Shown here: positions 19,322 through 30,300 of the stretch, in pieces
How the letters are laid out: every line of letters begins with the position of its first letter
Position numbering within the stretch: the first letter of the stretch is position 1
Origin: Alphaproteobacteria bacterium
GTDB lineage: Bacteria; Pseudomonadota; Alphaproteobacteria; UBA828
Reading direction: 5' to 3'
Assembly (NCBI GenBank): GCA_965214705.1
Contig: OZ243972.1
Coordinates: forward strand, 1,312,001-1,376,000
Length of the DNA: 64,000 nucleotides
Position numbers and translations under genes: made by a program
Notes under the pieces: generated by a model
Databases searched by the model: none
Told to the model about the DNA's origin: nothing
Seen by the model: the letters and a program-made list of their open reading frames with translations, nothing else

Positions 19322-21896
19322 GATAGGGCGCGTGCCGCCCGTCCACGATGCGCGCGTCCACGATGCGCACCGCGTCCTCCTGGCGCAGGCCGCCGACCTG
19401 GCGAAGGCCGAGACGGAGCGCGCAGCACCCCGCACGGCACCCCGCGCCCTCCTCCGCATCTTCTAGGCTGTTGTCCCACCCGCTCGCGTTGACATCCACC
19501 GGGCGCACCTCGACGCCGTGCTCGCGGGCGTCGCGCACGATCTGAGCGGGGGCGTAGAAGCCCATGGGTTGGGCGTTCAGAAGGGCACACGCGAACGCGT
19601 CCGGGTGGTGGCACTTGAGCCACGAGGAGACGTAGGCCAGCAGCGCAAAGCTCGCGGCGTGGGATTCGGGAAAGCCGTAGTCCCCGAACCCCTCGATCTG
19701 GCGGAAGCAGCGCTCCGCAAGCGCGGGCTCGTAGCCGCGCGCCACCATGCGCCCGACCATCCTCTCCTTCAGCAGGCTGAGCGTGCCGCGCCGGCGGAAG
19801 GTGGCCATGGCGCGGCGCAGCGCGTCCGCCTTGTCCGGCGTGAACCTGGCCGCCTCCATGGCGAGGCGCATCGCCTGCTCCTGGAACAGCGGCACGCCGA
19901 GGGTCTTTTCGAGCACTCGGCGCAGCTCGTCGGGCGGCCCGTGCTCGGGCGCGGGCGCGGGGTAGATCACCTCCTCCAGCCCGTCGCGGCGGCGCAGGTA
20001 GGGGTGCACCATGTCGCCCTGGATTGGGCCGGGGCGCACGATCGCGACCTCGATCACCAGGTCGTAGAAGCGGCGGGGCCTGAGCCTCGGCAACATGTTC
20101 ATCTGCGCCCGGCTCTCGATCTGGAAGACGCCGACCGTGTCGGCCCGGCACAGCATGTCGTAGACCGCCGGATCGTCCTGCGGCACCAAGGAGAGCGTCA
20201 GGTGCAGGCCCTTGTGCCGGGCCAGCAGCGCGAAGGCCTTGCGGATGCAGGTCAGCATACCAAGCCCCAGCACGTCGACCTTCATCAGGCCGAGCGCTTC
20301 GAGGTCGTCCTTGTCCCATTCGACGAAGGTGCGGTCCTTCATCGCCCCGTTGCCGATGGGCACGATCTCCTCCAGGGGCCCGCGGGTCAGCACGAAGCCG
20401 CCGACATGCTGAGAGAGGTGTCGGGGAAAGCCGATCAGCTCGCCCGCCAGCGCCACGGTCTGGCGCAGCAGGGGATCGGCGGGGTCGAGGCCGGCCTCGC
20501 CGAGCCGCCGCGCGACGGCGACGGCTCCGTCGTGGTGCAGGTCCCGGATCGCGCCGGCGAGCGCTGCGGCGGTGTCCTCGGAGAGCCCCATGGCCTTGCC
20601 CACGTCCCGCGCCGCGCTCCGCCCCCGGTAGCCGATGACGGTGGCGGCGAGGCCTGCGCGGTCACGGCCGTAGCGGCCGTAGATGTACTGGATCACCTCC
20701 TCGCGCCGCTCGTGCTCGAAGTCGACGTCGATGTCGGGGGGCTCGCGCCGCTCGCGCGAGACGAAACGTTCGAACAGGAGGTCGATCCGGGCCGGGTCGA
20801 CGGCGGTGATGCCGAGGCAGTAGCAGACGGCGGAGTTGGCGGCCGAGCCCCGCCCCTGGCAGAGGATGTCCTTCTCCCTGGCGAAGCGCACGATGTCGTA
20901 CACGGTGAGGAAGTAGGGCGCGTAGCCGAGCTCGTCGATGAGCCCGAGCTCGTGCATCAGCGTGCGGCGCACCTTGGCCGGGATGCCCTCGGGATAGCAC
21001 TGCCCGGCGCCGGCCCAGGTCAGCGCCTCCAGGTGCTGCTGCGGCGTTGTGCCGGCGGGCACCGGCTCGTCGGGATATTCGTAGGCCAACTCGTCGAGGC
21101 TGAAGCTGCAGAGGCGCACGATCTCCAGGGTGCGGGCGACGGCGTCCTCATGGCCCCGGAAGAGCCGCGCCATCTCGGCCCCGCTCTTGAGATGGCGCTC
21201 GGCGTTGGCGGCGAGGCGCCAGCCGGCCTGCGCCACCGTAACGCGCTCACGGATCGCGGTCAGCACGTCCTGCAGGGGCCGGCGCTCGCGCGTGTGATAG
21301 TGGACGGCGTTGGTGGCGATGAGGGGTACCTCGTGGCGTTCGGCCAGCGCCGCCAGCCGGTTGAGGCGGCTGCGGTCATCGCCCCGGTAGAGCATGTGGG
21401 CGGCGAGGTAGAGGGGGCCCGCATGGCGCCGGCGGAGTGCGGCCAGCGCCGCCGTGAACGGCTCGCCAGCCCCGCCCTTGCCACCCTCCTCATCCAGGCG
21501 ATCCGGCGGCAGCGCGATCAGAACCTGGCCCTCGGCGTGCGCCATCGCATCGTCCAGGTGGAGCACGCAGCCGCCCTTGGGCGCGCGCCGCTGGCCCAGG
21601 GTGAGCAGGCGGCAGAGGCGGCCGTAGGCGGCGCGGTCGCGGGGATAGCAGAGAAGCGAGAACCCGCAGGCGAGGTCGAGCCGCGCGCCGGTCAGGAGCC
21701 GCAGGCCCGCCGCCTTCGCTGCGACGTGGGCACGTACCGCACCGGCGAGGGTGTTGCGGTCGGCGATGCCGATGGCGGCAAGCCCCAGCGCCGCCGCGCG
21801 CTCCACCAGCTCGTCCGCGTCGGAGGCGCCGCGCAGGAAGCTGAAGTTGCTCACCGCCTGCAGCTCGGCGTAGGCCGTGGATCGGCCGTCAACCAT
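19322..21896 (-). pseudogene. dnaE2: dnaE2/imuC 5' part (PHP and polymerase domains)
   Basis: YAELQAVSNFSFLRGAS, QGRGSAANS, PPDIDVDFEHERREE, FGDYGFPESHAASFA. Confidence 0.95.
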
Positions 21897-23559
21897 AGAG
21901 CCCGTGCACGTACCAGCGGGGCGAGTCCCCGGTGCCGGCATTGCCATAGAGGCCGGCACGGTAGAGCCAGTAGCGCCGGCCGTCTGCATCCTCGATGCGG
22001 TAGTAGTCGCGCACCGCCTCGTCGCGGTCGCCAGCGCCGGCCCACCATTCCGGCTCGATGCGCTCGGGCCCGGCAGCGCGGGCGACGCGGCGGCGCACCC
22101 GCCGCCAAGTGAAGAGCAGCGGCGGGCCGTCCGGCACCTCGGCCATCACGTTCACCGGCTCGGGCCGGTCGAACAGGCGGAAGGGCCGTTGCGGCCGTTT
22201 GGGTGTTTCGGTCGCCTCGGGTGCTTCGCGCCAGGGCACGGGCTCCCGGCCGGGCGTCACCGGTCGCTCGGCCTTCTCCGGCCTGTGGCGTGCGACCGGC
22301 TCCAGGCGGCAGACGGCACCGGTGCCGAGGCGGGCCAGCAGGCGGTCGACCAGCAGGTCCAGATCGCCCCGCCTCTGCCCGCCGTCGGTGAGGGAGAGCT
22401 GCCTGGGCGCCAGGGGCTCGACGCGCTCGGCATGGAGCGCCGCGAGATCGATGCCCAAGCCGGGGTCGACGGTCTCAAGCGTCTCCCGGAACAGACGCAG
22501 CAAGTGATCGCCGTCCCGTGTCGCGCGCGCCGTGGCGACCCCGCGCCGCACCACACCGCCGTCGACCCGGTAGCACCAGAGCGCGAGCCGCCGCACGCCG
22601 AGTTCGTCCCGCTCCAGGGACGCGGCCAGTTCGGGCATGAGCCGGGCCAGCACGGCATCCAGCCCCGCCCGGTCGAATAGGGGGTCCGACAGGGCCAGGC
22701 GCTCCAGGCAGGCGGGCGGCGGGGTCATGGGCACGATCGGCTCGGCCTGCCGGCCCAGCGCCCGGTCGAGGCGTGCGAGCACCGCGCTGGCCCGCTCGCG
22801 GCTGGGGAAGCGCCGGGCGAGCGACGCGCGCGGCAGGTTTTCTATCGCGCCGATGGTGACCAGCCCCAGGCGACGCAGCAGGCGGGCGTCCTCGGCCGCG
22901 AGCCTGAGCGCCTCCACCGGGAGACCCGTGATCGACGGGCGTGTCTCACCGGGCGCGGCGATGCGTGCGTCCGGACGACCGTTCGTCGCCGGGCCGAAGC
23001 GGGCGAGCGCCCAGGCGGCGCCCGGGGTATCGGCAAGCCCGAGGCGGTTCTCGAGGCCCAGGCCCGCAAGCCGCGCCGCGATCTCGTCCATCAGCGCCGC
23101 CTCGTCGCCGAAGAGGTGGGCGCAGCCAGTGATGTCGAGGAGCAGCCCACCGTCACCGTCATCGCAATCGCAATCGTCGCCGTTGTCCACAGCGCACCAG
23201 GGCGTGAAGCGGTTGCACCAGAGGGCGAGCCGTTCGAGCCCCCGCCGGTCCGCCGCCGGGTCGGCGCGCTCCGTGGCGAGGCCGGCGAGCAGGGCGCGGG
23301 CATCGGCGAGGCGCATGCCGGGCCTCAGTCCCTTCGCGCCGGCCTCGCGGTTGACCGCCCACAGCACCGGCCCGCGCCGGCCGGGCGCGACCAGCACGAA
23401 GGGGACCGGCGCAGACGGCGCGGTCGCCTTCGCCGCCTCAGCCGCCGGCGTGTGCGCGGCCTCGGGCCCGGCGCGGGGCCTCGACCTCGCTCGCGCCCGC
23501 TCGCGGCGCAGCCGGTCGATCGGCCAGCGCGGTAGCCATACGGAAATCACCCGTCTCAC
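21889..23559 (-). CDS. imuB: ImuB, inactive Y-family polymerase
   Basis: RRVISVWLPRW, GLLLDITGCAHLFG, GPERIEPEWW, RDYYRIED..RRYWLYR, WYVHGLYG; synteny with dnaE2. Confidence 0.93.
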   Translation of the reverse strand: MRRVISVWLPRWPIDRLRRERARARSRPRAGPEAAHTPAAEAAKATAPSAPVPFVLVAPGRRGPVLWAVNREAGAKGLRPGMRLADARALLAGLATERADPAADRRGLERLALWCNRFTPWCAVDNGDDCDCDDGDGGLLLDITGCAHLFGDEAALMDEIAARLAGLGLENRLGLADTPGAAWALARFGPATNGRPDARIAAPGETRPSITGLPVEALRLAAEDARLLRRLGLVTIGAIENLPRASLARRFPSRERASAVLARLDRALGRQAEPIVPMTPPPACLERLALSDPLFDRAGLDAVLARLMPELAASLERDELGVRRLALWCYRVDGGVVRRGVATARATRDGDHLLRLFRETLETVDPGLGIDLAALHAERVEPLAPRQLSLTDGGQRRGDLDLLVDRLLARLGTGAVCRLEPVARHRPEKAERPVTPGREPVPWREAPEATETPKRPQRPFRLFDRPEPVNVMAEVPDGPPLLFTWRRVRRRVARAAGPERIEPEWWAGAGDRDEAVRDYYRIEDADGRRYWLYRAGLYGNAGTGDSPRWYVHGLYG

Positions 23560-24319
23560 GGTTCCACTCCACCTCACAGGTCGCAGGCCGCCCGCCGCGT
23601 GCGCGCACGAGGGCGAGGCGCCAGCGGGGCAGGCCGGGCGCGCCCGCGTCGAACGGGTCGGCACCGCCCGGCAGCGCCGCCACCCGCCAGCGCGTGAGCG
23701 CCGCGCTCGCTGGACCGAGCTCGTCGTGGCGCAGCAGCAGCGCAGGTGTCGCGCCCTCGGCAGCGGCGAGCGCGAGGCGCCGGCTGGCGATGAATTCGAT
23801 GCTCTCGGCCTCGGCCAGCACCGCCGCGAGCGCACCGCAGCGCAGCCCCTCCTCCATCGCCCAGGGCACGTCCTTCTCGCAGCGGGCGCGGAGAATCAGC
23901 AGGTCCGCCGGCTCAAGGCCGAGATCGCACCAGCCCGGACCATGGAGGCGGCCGAAGCGGGCGGCCCCGCCAAGGCTCTGGCAGACCAGCACCGGGCCGC
24001 GCTCGGCGGCGCGCGCATGCCGCGCCAGGAGCGCGGCGAGAAAGGCGGTCGCCGCCGGCCCATCCGCCGCGCTCGCACCCGCGGCCTCGTGCAGGCCGTC
24101 CGGCGCAAGGCCGCCCTCGGGCAGGGCACCGTCCAGAGCATCGATGCCGAGCGGCCAGGGCCGCCTCGTCCGGCTTTCGGCGGTGGCGTCCTCCAGCTCG
24201 GCCGGACGGCGTTCGAGCGCCGCGATGTGCCGCCGCAGCGCCGCCAGATCGGCGTGGGCGACCGCTTCGGCGCGCTCGCGCGAGACTCGCGTCGGGGGTA
24301 TGGGGCGAGAGGCGCTCAT
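23438..24319 (-). CDS. imuA: ImuA RecA-like protein
   Basis: PLGIDALDGALPEGGL..GLHE, WAMEEGLRC, SRRLALAA, SAALTRWRV, WRLALVRARGG. Confidence 0.9.
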   Translation of the reverse strand: MSASRPIPPTRVSRERAEAVAHADLAALRRHIAALERRPAELEDATAESRTRRPWPLGIDALDGALPEGGLAPDGLHEAAGASAADGPAATAFLAALLARHARAAERGPVLVCQSLGGAARFGRLHGPGWCDLGLEPADLLILRARCEKDVPWAMEEGLRCGALAAVLAEAESIEFIASRRLALAAAEGATPALLLRHDELGPASAALTRWRVAALPGGADPFDAGAPGLPRWRLALVRARGGRPATCEVEWNRETGDFRMATALADRPAAPRAGASEVEAPRRARGRAHAGG

Positions 24320-24322
24320 ATT

Positions 24323-24337
24323 GTTCACTATTTGTTC
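24323..24337. promoter_or_regulatory. Alphaproteobacterial LexA box
   Basis: GTTC-ACTATTT-GTTC immediately upstream of the imuA ATG. Confidence 0.9.
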
Positions 24338-24365
24338 GATTATCGAGCTTGTCAAGACGCGAGGC

Positions 24366-24944
24366 ATGTGCGCTTCCGTAATGGGGCGGAAGGCTTGCCC
24401 GTTCCGCTTCACGAGCGCCAGGTGGGGCGCGTTCAGCGAACTCCAGCCGCTCGCCGTGCCCATCCTGGCCGGCCCCTGGAGCTGCCCCACGTCCGAAAAT
24501 CTTTACCAGGCCTGCAAGTTCCCGGCCCACCCCGACGTCCAGCAACACATCGCCGAGGCCCCGACGGCGAGGCAAGCCGCCGCCATCGGCCGCACCCCCG
24601 GTCTCGGCATCGACCCCGGCTGGAACGCGCAGCGTGTCGACGTCATGCGCCGGGTCCTGCGCATGAAGCGCGAGGCGAACGCGGCCGGGATCGACGCGGT
24701 GCTCGCCGAAACCGGCGTGCGCCCCATCGTCGAGATCTCGACCCGCGACCCCTGGTGGGGCGCGCGCCCCGTCTCGGACCGCTACGAGGGCCACAACGTC
24801 CTCGGCCGGCTCTGGATGGAATTGAGACAGCAGCTCCGCGAAGCCGATCCGGCCGCGTGCTCCGGCACCTGGACCGGCCGCATCCGCGTCGGCGGCCTCG
24901 CCGGCGGCACCCCTCTTGCGCATGCCGCGCCGGAGAGCGCCTGA
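24366..24944 (+). CDS. NADAR (YbiA-like) family protein; start uncertain, possibly damaged
   Basis: WGAFSELQP, PTSENLYQACKF, W..QRVDVMRRVLRMK, IVEISTRDPWWG, GHNVLGRLWMELR. Confidence 0.82.
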   Translation: MCASVMGRKACPFRFTSARWGAFSELQPLAVPILAGPWSCPTSENLYQACKFPAHPDVQQHIAEAPTARQAAAIGRTPGLGIDPGWNAQRVDVMRRVLRMKREANAAGIDAVLAETGVRPIVEISTRDPWWGARPVSDRYEGHNVLGRLWMELRQQLREADPAACSGTWTGRIRVGGLAGGTPLAHAAPESA

Positions 24945-25081
24945 CCGTCTGTCCGCCACCTACGCCTCATCCATCACGCCGATTGCGTCCAAGCACCCGG
25001 AGGACGTGGCGCCCGGGCCTGGGGCGAGTCCGCAGACGTTCAGAGACGTCCGCGCCGTCTCCCCGCATTCAGGAGCCGCCC

Positions 25082-25679
25082 ATGACCGACCCCGACACAA
25101 TCTCCGCCGACTACACGCTGCGCCCCAGCGAACTGGCCGCCACCCTCAAGGTCCTTGTCGAAGCCAGGCAGCCCGTGATGGTCAGGGGATCTCCAGGCTG
25201 CGGCAAAAGCGAGCTCGCGCAGCAGGTCGCCGCCGAAGGCAGCCGCGGCTACTGCGACGTCCGGGCGCTGCTGCTCGATCCTGTCGACGTGCGCGGCATC
25301 CCCTGGCGCGACGCCGACAACCGCACCCGCTGGGCGCCCCCCGACTTTCTGCCGCCCACGGACAGCACCGACCTGTGGCTCGTCAACCTGGAGGAGCTCC
25401 CCTCCGCCGTACCCATGGTGCAGGCCGCGCTCTTCCAGCTCGTCCGCGACCGCAAGTGCGGGGAGTACGAGCTCCCGGAAGGCGCCTCGATCATGGCCTG
25501 CGGCAACCGCGAGGGCGACCGCGGCGTCACCCACCGCATGCCGACCCCGCTGGCCTCGCGCTTCGTCCACCTCGAGATCAAGGTCGATGCCTCCGACTGG
25601 TGCGCGTGGGGAGCCGCCAACGGAATCGCGCCCGAGACCCTGTTCTTCATCCAGCTCAGGCCGGAGCTTCTGAATGTGT
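25082..25679 (+). pseudogene. MoxR-like AAA+ ATPase, 5' part (interrupted by the integrative element)
   Basis: GSPGCGKS, NLEEL, ACGNREGD, LASRF; ends at RPELLNV, where composition shifts. Confidence 0.88.
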
Positions 25680-25750
25680 GACAAACTACAAGCGAGGATT
25701 ACCAAGTTGGTAGTTCTCTTTAGCGTTGCGAGCTCCTCCTTATACTGGTT

Positions 25751-25779
25751 ATACTACAGTGGGTTGGAGGCGGCGTCAA
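25751..25779 (-). promoter_or_regulatory. Candidate outward-facing sigma70 promoter
   Basis: TTGACG-N17-TAGTAT on the minus strand. Confidence 0.45.
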
Positions 25780-26090
25780 CGGAATTTTCGTGATGGGGTG
25801 GGGTCCATAAGGCAGACTCCTCGATAGCTCGATAGTTGCATTCGGGGACTTAACGTATTTCATTCGAATGTCGCGGGCGCAGTTTGGTATCTCTCTAGTA
25901 GAAGCCAGTGATTGGCTTGAGTATGGAAGCCATAACATATGTGTAATAGTGTCTTTGGACGCTATGGTGCCTGTAGGCGAGTCGTTGGCAGATGTCACGC
26001 GAATATCGCAGCGTGCTTCGCGCGACATTCGCTCATCTTGTGGCGTCGCTGGGCACGGGCGGAGCGATCGTACCACCGGATGCGGACGGC

Positions 26091-26417
26091 ATGAACGAGG
26101 CAGCAGAGGGGCGCAAACGACAGCGCGCAGTGATGGCCACGGACAGCGACTGGCAGGCGCTCAAGGAGCGCGCGGACGCTGTGGGAATGGACGTGTCGCG
26201 CTTCATCATGGAGCGGCTGACGGCGCCCGTTGCGGTGCAGGATGATGTGGACTTGAGGCGCGATCTCGCGGGCGCGGTGGCGCGCATCGAGCGCATGGTC
26301 AGGGTGCTCTACGAGGTCGAGAAAGAGCGCGTCGAGGGTTCCGCAGGGGCGGAGACCTGGCAGGCTCTGGTGCGCCGTGCCGGCACACGGAGCGATGCAG
26401 AGGAGGCACTCGGGTGA
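26091..26417 (+). CDS. Ribbon-helix-helix (MobC/CopG-like) protein 1
   Basis: RQRAVMATDSDWQALKERADAVGMDVSRFIMER. Confidence 0.65.
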   Translation: MNEAAEGRKRQRAVMATDSDWQALKERADAVGMDVSRFIMERLTAPVAVQDDVDLRRDLAGAVARIERMVRVLYEVEKERVEGSAGAETWQALVRRAGTRSDAEEALG

Positions 26418-26776
26418 CGGCAATCGAGGGTGGCGGGAAGCGGGAGATTGCGCGCATTCGCAGCGTCTACTGTTCGCCGGAGAACCGCGCATTGATCGGA
26501 CGGCGGGCCAAGGAAGCAGGGATGAGTTTCTCGCGCTTCATGATCGCCTGCGCGCTTCATGGGGTAGACGCCGAAGACGGCGAGGAAGGTCCTAGCCTGA
26601 TTCTGTCCGAGGATGAGCAGAGGCAGCTGTATGAGCGCGTGGCGCTTCTTGATCGGTGCAACGAGGCGCTGTTTTCGCGTCTGCCGGGGACGGAGATATC
26701 GGCGCTCGGCGCACTCGCCTTCCTTGCGCGGGAAGCGCGCGTCAGGTCCGGCGGCGAGGACGGGGACGGTTCATGA
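26414..26776 (+). CDS. Ribbon-helix-helix protein 2
   Basis: RIRSVYCSPENRALIGRRAKEAGMSFSRFMIAC; translationally coupled. Confidence 0.65.
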   Translation: MTAIEGGGKREIARIRSVYCSPENRALIGRRAKEAGMSFSRFMIACALHGVDAEDGEEGPSLILSEDEQRQLYERVALLDRCNEALFSRLPGTEISALGALAFLAREARVRSGGEDGDGS

Positions 26777-27219
26777 GGAGGCGTGACCGGACCCGGCCGA
26801 GGGCGTATTCGCTCTCATGCACCGACACCGACTGGGGACGCGTGCGGGTGCTGGCCGAGCGGAAAGGACTCTCCATCTCGCGCTACATGGTCGAGCGCGG
26901 CCTCACCGTGAACCCGGAGACCGAACCTGAACCGCCGCCTCGCCTCGTGCTGGACGAGGCAGAGCAGCGCACCCTTCTGGACCGTGTGGCCGCCATTGCG
27001 GAGCGCACGGTGAAGGCAGAGACGGACGATGCAGTGATGACGCGCATCCGCAACTCCCTCGCCTTCCTGGCCGAGGAGACGATGCGAACCATGATGCGCG
27101 AGGGCCGCGGGGATGAGCTGCGGGAGATGCTGACGGACCTCTTCGGCGAGCGGGTTGCGGCGGCAACCGTCGACCGGCTCCGCGCCCGCACGAGCGCCGA
27201 GAGTTCCGACTCGCCATGA
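26773..27219 (+). CDS. Ribbon-helix-helix protein 3
   Basis: RAYSLSCTDTDWGRVRVLAERKGLSISRYMVER; translationally coupled. Confidence 0.65.
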   Translation: MRRRDRTRPRAYSLSCTDTDWGRVRVLAERKGLSISRYMVERGLTVNPETEPEPPPRLVLDEAEQRTLLDRVAAIAERTVKAETDDAVMTRIRNSLAFLAEETMRTMMREGRGDELREMLTDLFGERVAAATVDRLRARTSAESSDSP

Positions 27220-27310
27220 TCGGAAGGCGGCCCGCCGCCGGTTGCGGGGGCCGGCCGCCGTGCCGGAAGACTGGACCGGGGGCGATCGAAGGGCGGGCCG
27301 GCGGGGCGAG

Positions 27311-30300
27311 TCACAGCTCGAGGCCCATGTCGATGTCGCGCTCCTTCGCCTTGCTGGCTTCGAGCTCCTGCCGGCGGCGTTCGATCTCGGCCTTGTCCGA
27401 TGCCAGGGTGGATTCGATCTTCGCCGAAAGGCGCCTGATCTCGTCATCCGCGCCCGGACGGCGCGAAAAATGCCTGCCGTAGGTCTCGGGGTCGTCGAAG
27501 ATGCGGCGGCAGCCATCTAGGGCGCGGAGGGCGCCATCGCGCCATTCGCCGTAGGCGGGATCCTCGGTGACATGGGCGCTGTTACTGGCAGCAATCGTCG
27601 CGTGCTCTTCGCGCTGCCGGATCGAGGCGGCGGCCGCTGACAGAGCCTGGTCCAGGAAGCGTTCCGCCGTCTTGCGGTTCTCCCGCGTCGCCTCGTCCAG
27701 GACCGCTTCCCTCTCTGGAGGCGGGTGCCGGGGAACATTCTCCGGCGAGGTCGAGACCGAGACCGAGGTCTCGAACTGCTCGCCGATGGCCCTGAGCGCC
27801 GACATCTGCTCTGCAGGCGAAGTCTCCAGGACTTCGATCAGCGCCTCCCGGTCGTCGGTCAGCAGCACCACGTTGTCGCGGGCGCGGGTGAGTTCCACAT
27901 AGAAGGTCGCCTGGTCGGCCACTCCCCCGCGCTCGGTATCCAGGACGGCGATGGCCCGGTCGCATGTGATGCCCTGGGCGGCGTGCACGGTGGACGAGTA
28001 GGCGTGGTCCAGGTGGTGAAGCTGAGGATCGTCGCGGGCCATGACGATCTCGCGGCCGTCCACTGTGCGTATCGTGACGTTCACCCGGCGGATGGACAGC
28101 ACTTCGGCATTCTCACCGTTGATCAGGCCGCGCGTGGAATCGTTGCGGGTCCAGCGCACCCGGTCGCCCGCCTTGAGCACCATCGGCCGGGTCTCGAAGA
28201 GGTCGAGGCGGTAGCGGATATAGCCGGAGGGATCGATGGCGCGCTCCTTGCCGCCGGGCATGGTGAGCACGACGCGCTCGTCTCCGACTTCGGTCACGCA
28301 GCAGGCGTCGCCGGCCTTCGCGCGGACGCCGTAGACGTCATGGTGAAAGACGGCGACATCGCCTTCCCCGTAGTTGGCGATGTCGCCCTTCTGGGAGCGG
28401 GTCAGGTGGAGGTTGACGTAGCGCTCGATCTCCAGCACGGGGCCGTGCAGCACCCCTTCGTCCTCCAGGCCGTGGCGGACGGCTGCGTTGATCTCGGCCC
28501 TGAGCTCGTGCGTGGGCGCCAGAATCGCCGTTCCGGGCCGCAGGTCCGGGTCGAGGTCGAGCCAGAGTTGCGCCGCCTTCCTGCCGAGCTCGTCACCCGC
28601 CGTCTCCAGGACGCCGTTGCCGAGTTCCTCGACCGCCAGGCGCGGCTCGTCCGCCACCATGTGCAGCACGGCCTGGCGCAGGTCCGCGTCGCGCTGGCGC
28701 ACCACCTCGTCCATCCTGGCGGTGGGCATCCCTGCGTCCTGCAGCAGGGCGAAGGGCTGGCCCGCCTCGACCGCGCGCAGCTGCCTCCTGTCGCCGATCA
28801 GCGCGAGGCGCTCGACGCCGGTCTCGGCAGCAATCCGCGTCAACGCCCGCATCTGGGTCGTGCCGACCATCGATGCTTCGTCGAGGATCAGCACCGAGCC
28901 GCCGAGCGCCTTGCGGGCTTCCTCCGTCCTCTCGGGCGAGGCGATGCCGTCGCCCACGTCGCGGTAGCGCGTGAGGAACCATTGCAGCGTGCGGGCCGGG
29001 ATGTCGGCTTCGCCTTCGAGCACGCGCGCGGCGCTCGCCGAAGGGGCGAGGCCGACGATCTGCCGCTCGCCTGCCAACTGCGCGACAGCGCGCAGCATGG
29101 TGGTCTTGCCGGAGCCCGCGTGCCCCTGCACCCCCACCGTCCGGTGAGGCGAGAGCAGGATCGCGCGCACCGCATCGCGCTGGCCGGGGTTCAACCCGGC
29201 CGCGTCGAGCTTAGCCTCAACCGCCCCTGCCGGCGCCAGGCTCCGCCCTGCGTCCAGGCCTACGCGCATGCCGGCGATAATGTCGCGCTCGGCGTTGCGC
29301 GCCCTGTCGGTGACGAAGGCCAGGTCCGCCCTCCGCGCCGTCGCTTCGATCAGGTGTCCGTCGCGCCGGAGCCGGGCGATACCGGCGTCCAGCGCGTCGA
29401 GCGAGTGCCGGCCGCCCCCGTGCGCCAGCGCCCAGGCGCGTAAGTCGTTGGCCGGGATCACGGTGCGCCGTTCCTCCAGGTGCTCCACGGCCTGCCGCAC
29501 CACCGCAAGCGCGGACGGCTGCGCCCGCGGCTCTGGCACGGGGGTTGCCGATGCGCCGATCCCGTTGCGGCCCCTTGCGATGTCCCGGTCGCGCGCCGGG
29601 CCGAGTTCTTGGGCCCGTTCCTGCCAAGTCTCGCGCAGGACCTGCCGGTCAGGCTCGGCCTTGCGCTGCCGTGTGTAAAGCGCCGCCTGCTGTGCTCTCG
29701 CCGGCGTGTTCTCCCAGCCACGCTCCTGCATGTAGTCCAACAACTCGCGGCGGCGGGTCGAGAAGGCGTCCAGCATCGGCTTCTGGTAGCCCGCGATCTC
29801 GAACCCCGGCATCCGCCCCACAAGCGTCGGCACCGTGGCGTAGCCGATCTTCTCGAGCCCCATGCGCAGCTCGTTGCGGTAGTAGGCGCCGATAAGCAGC
29901 TTCGAGCGCTCGACTGCGGTGAACTCGGCGCTCCGCCACTCCCCGTTCCGGCCGCGGGTCATGTTGGCGACCACCGCGTGCGTGTGCAGCTGAGGGTCCA
30001 GATTGCGGCTTGCGAGATGCCGGAAGGTCGCCGCCGCCATGCCATCCGCCTCTACCCTCGGCCTGCGCCCGGTCGCCGGGTCGTAGGTCCGTGTCTGGAA
30101 AAGCTCGGTCTCGATGAAGCCCAACGTTGCGCGCACCGCCTCGTCGTGTGCCTTCACCACACGAGCCCCCGTCTTCGGCGCTGCGTAGACCAGCGCCTCC
30201 AGCGAGACCGACTTGGGCGCCGAGAAGGTCACGTCCACGCCGGGCCTGTGCTGGTGCTCGCCGTCGCGCAGGCGGCCGAGGCGAAGGTCGGTGCCGGGAA

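Noticed and set aside
19340-19368. 15-bp in-frame duplication in dnaE2 (RIVDA RIVDG)
   Set aside because: Frame-preserving slippage, not a TSD of the adjacent IS (whose TSD is GATA).
25700-25712. CCAAGTTGG resembling the IS1634 TIR / intron target
   Set aside because: Only 9 bp match, flanks differ, and it is part of a local palindrome at the element end.
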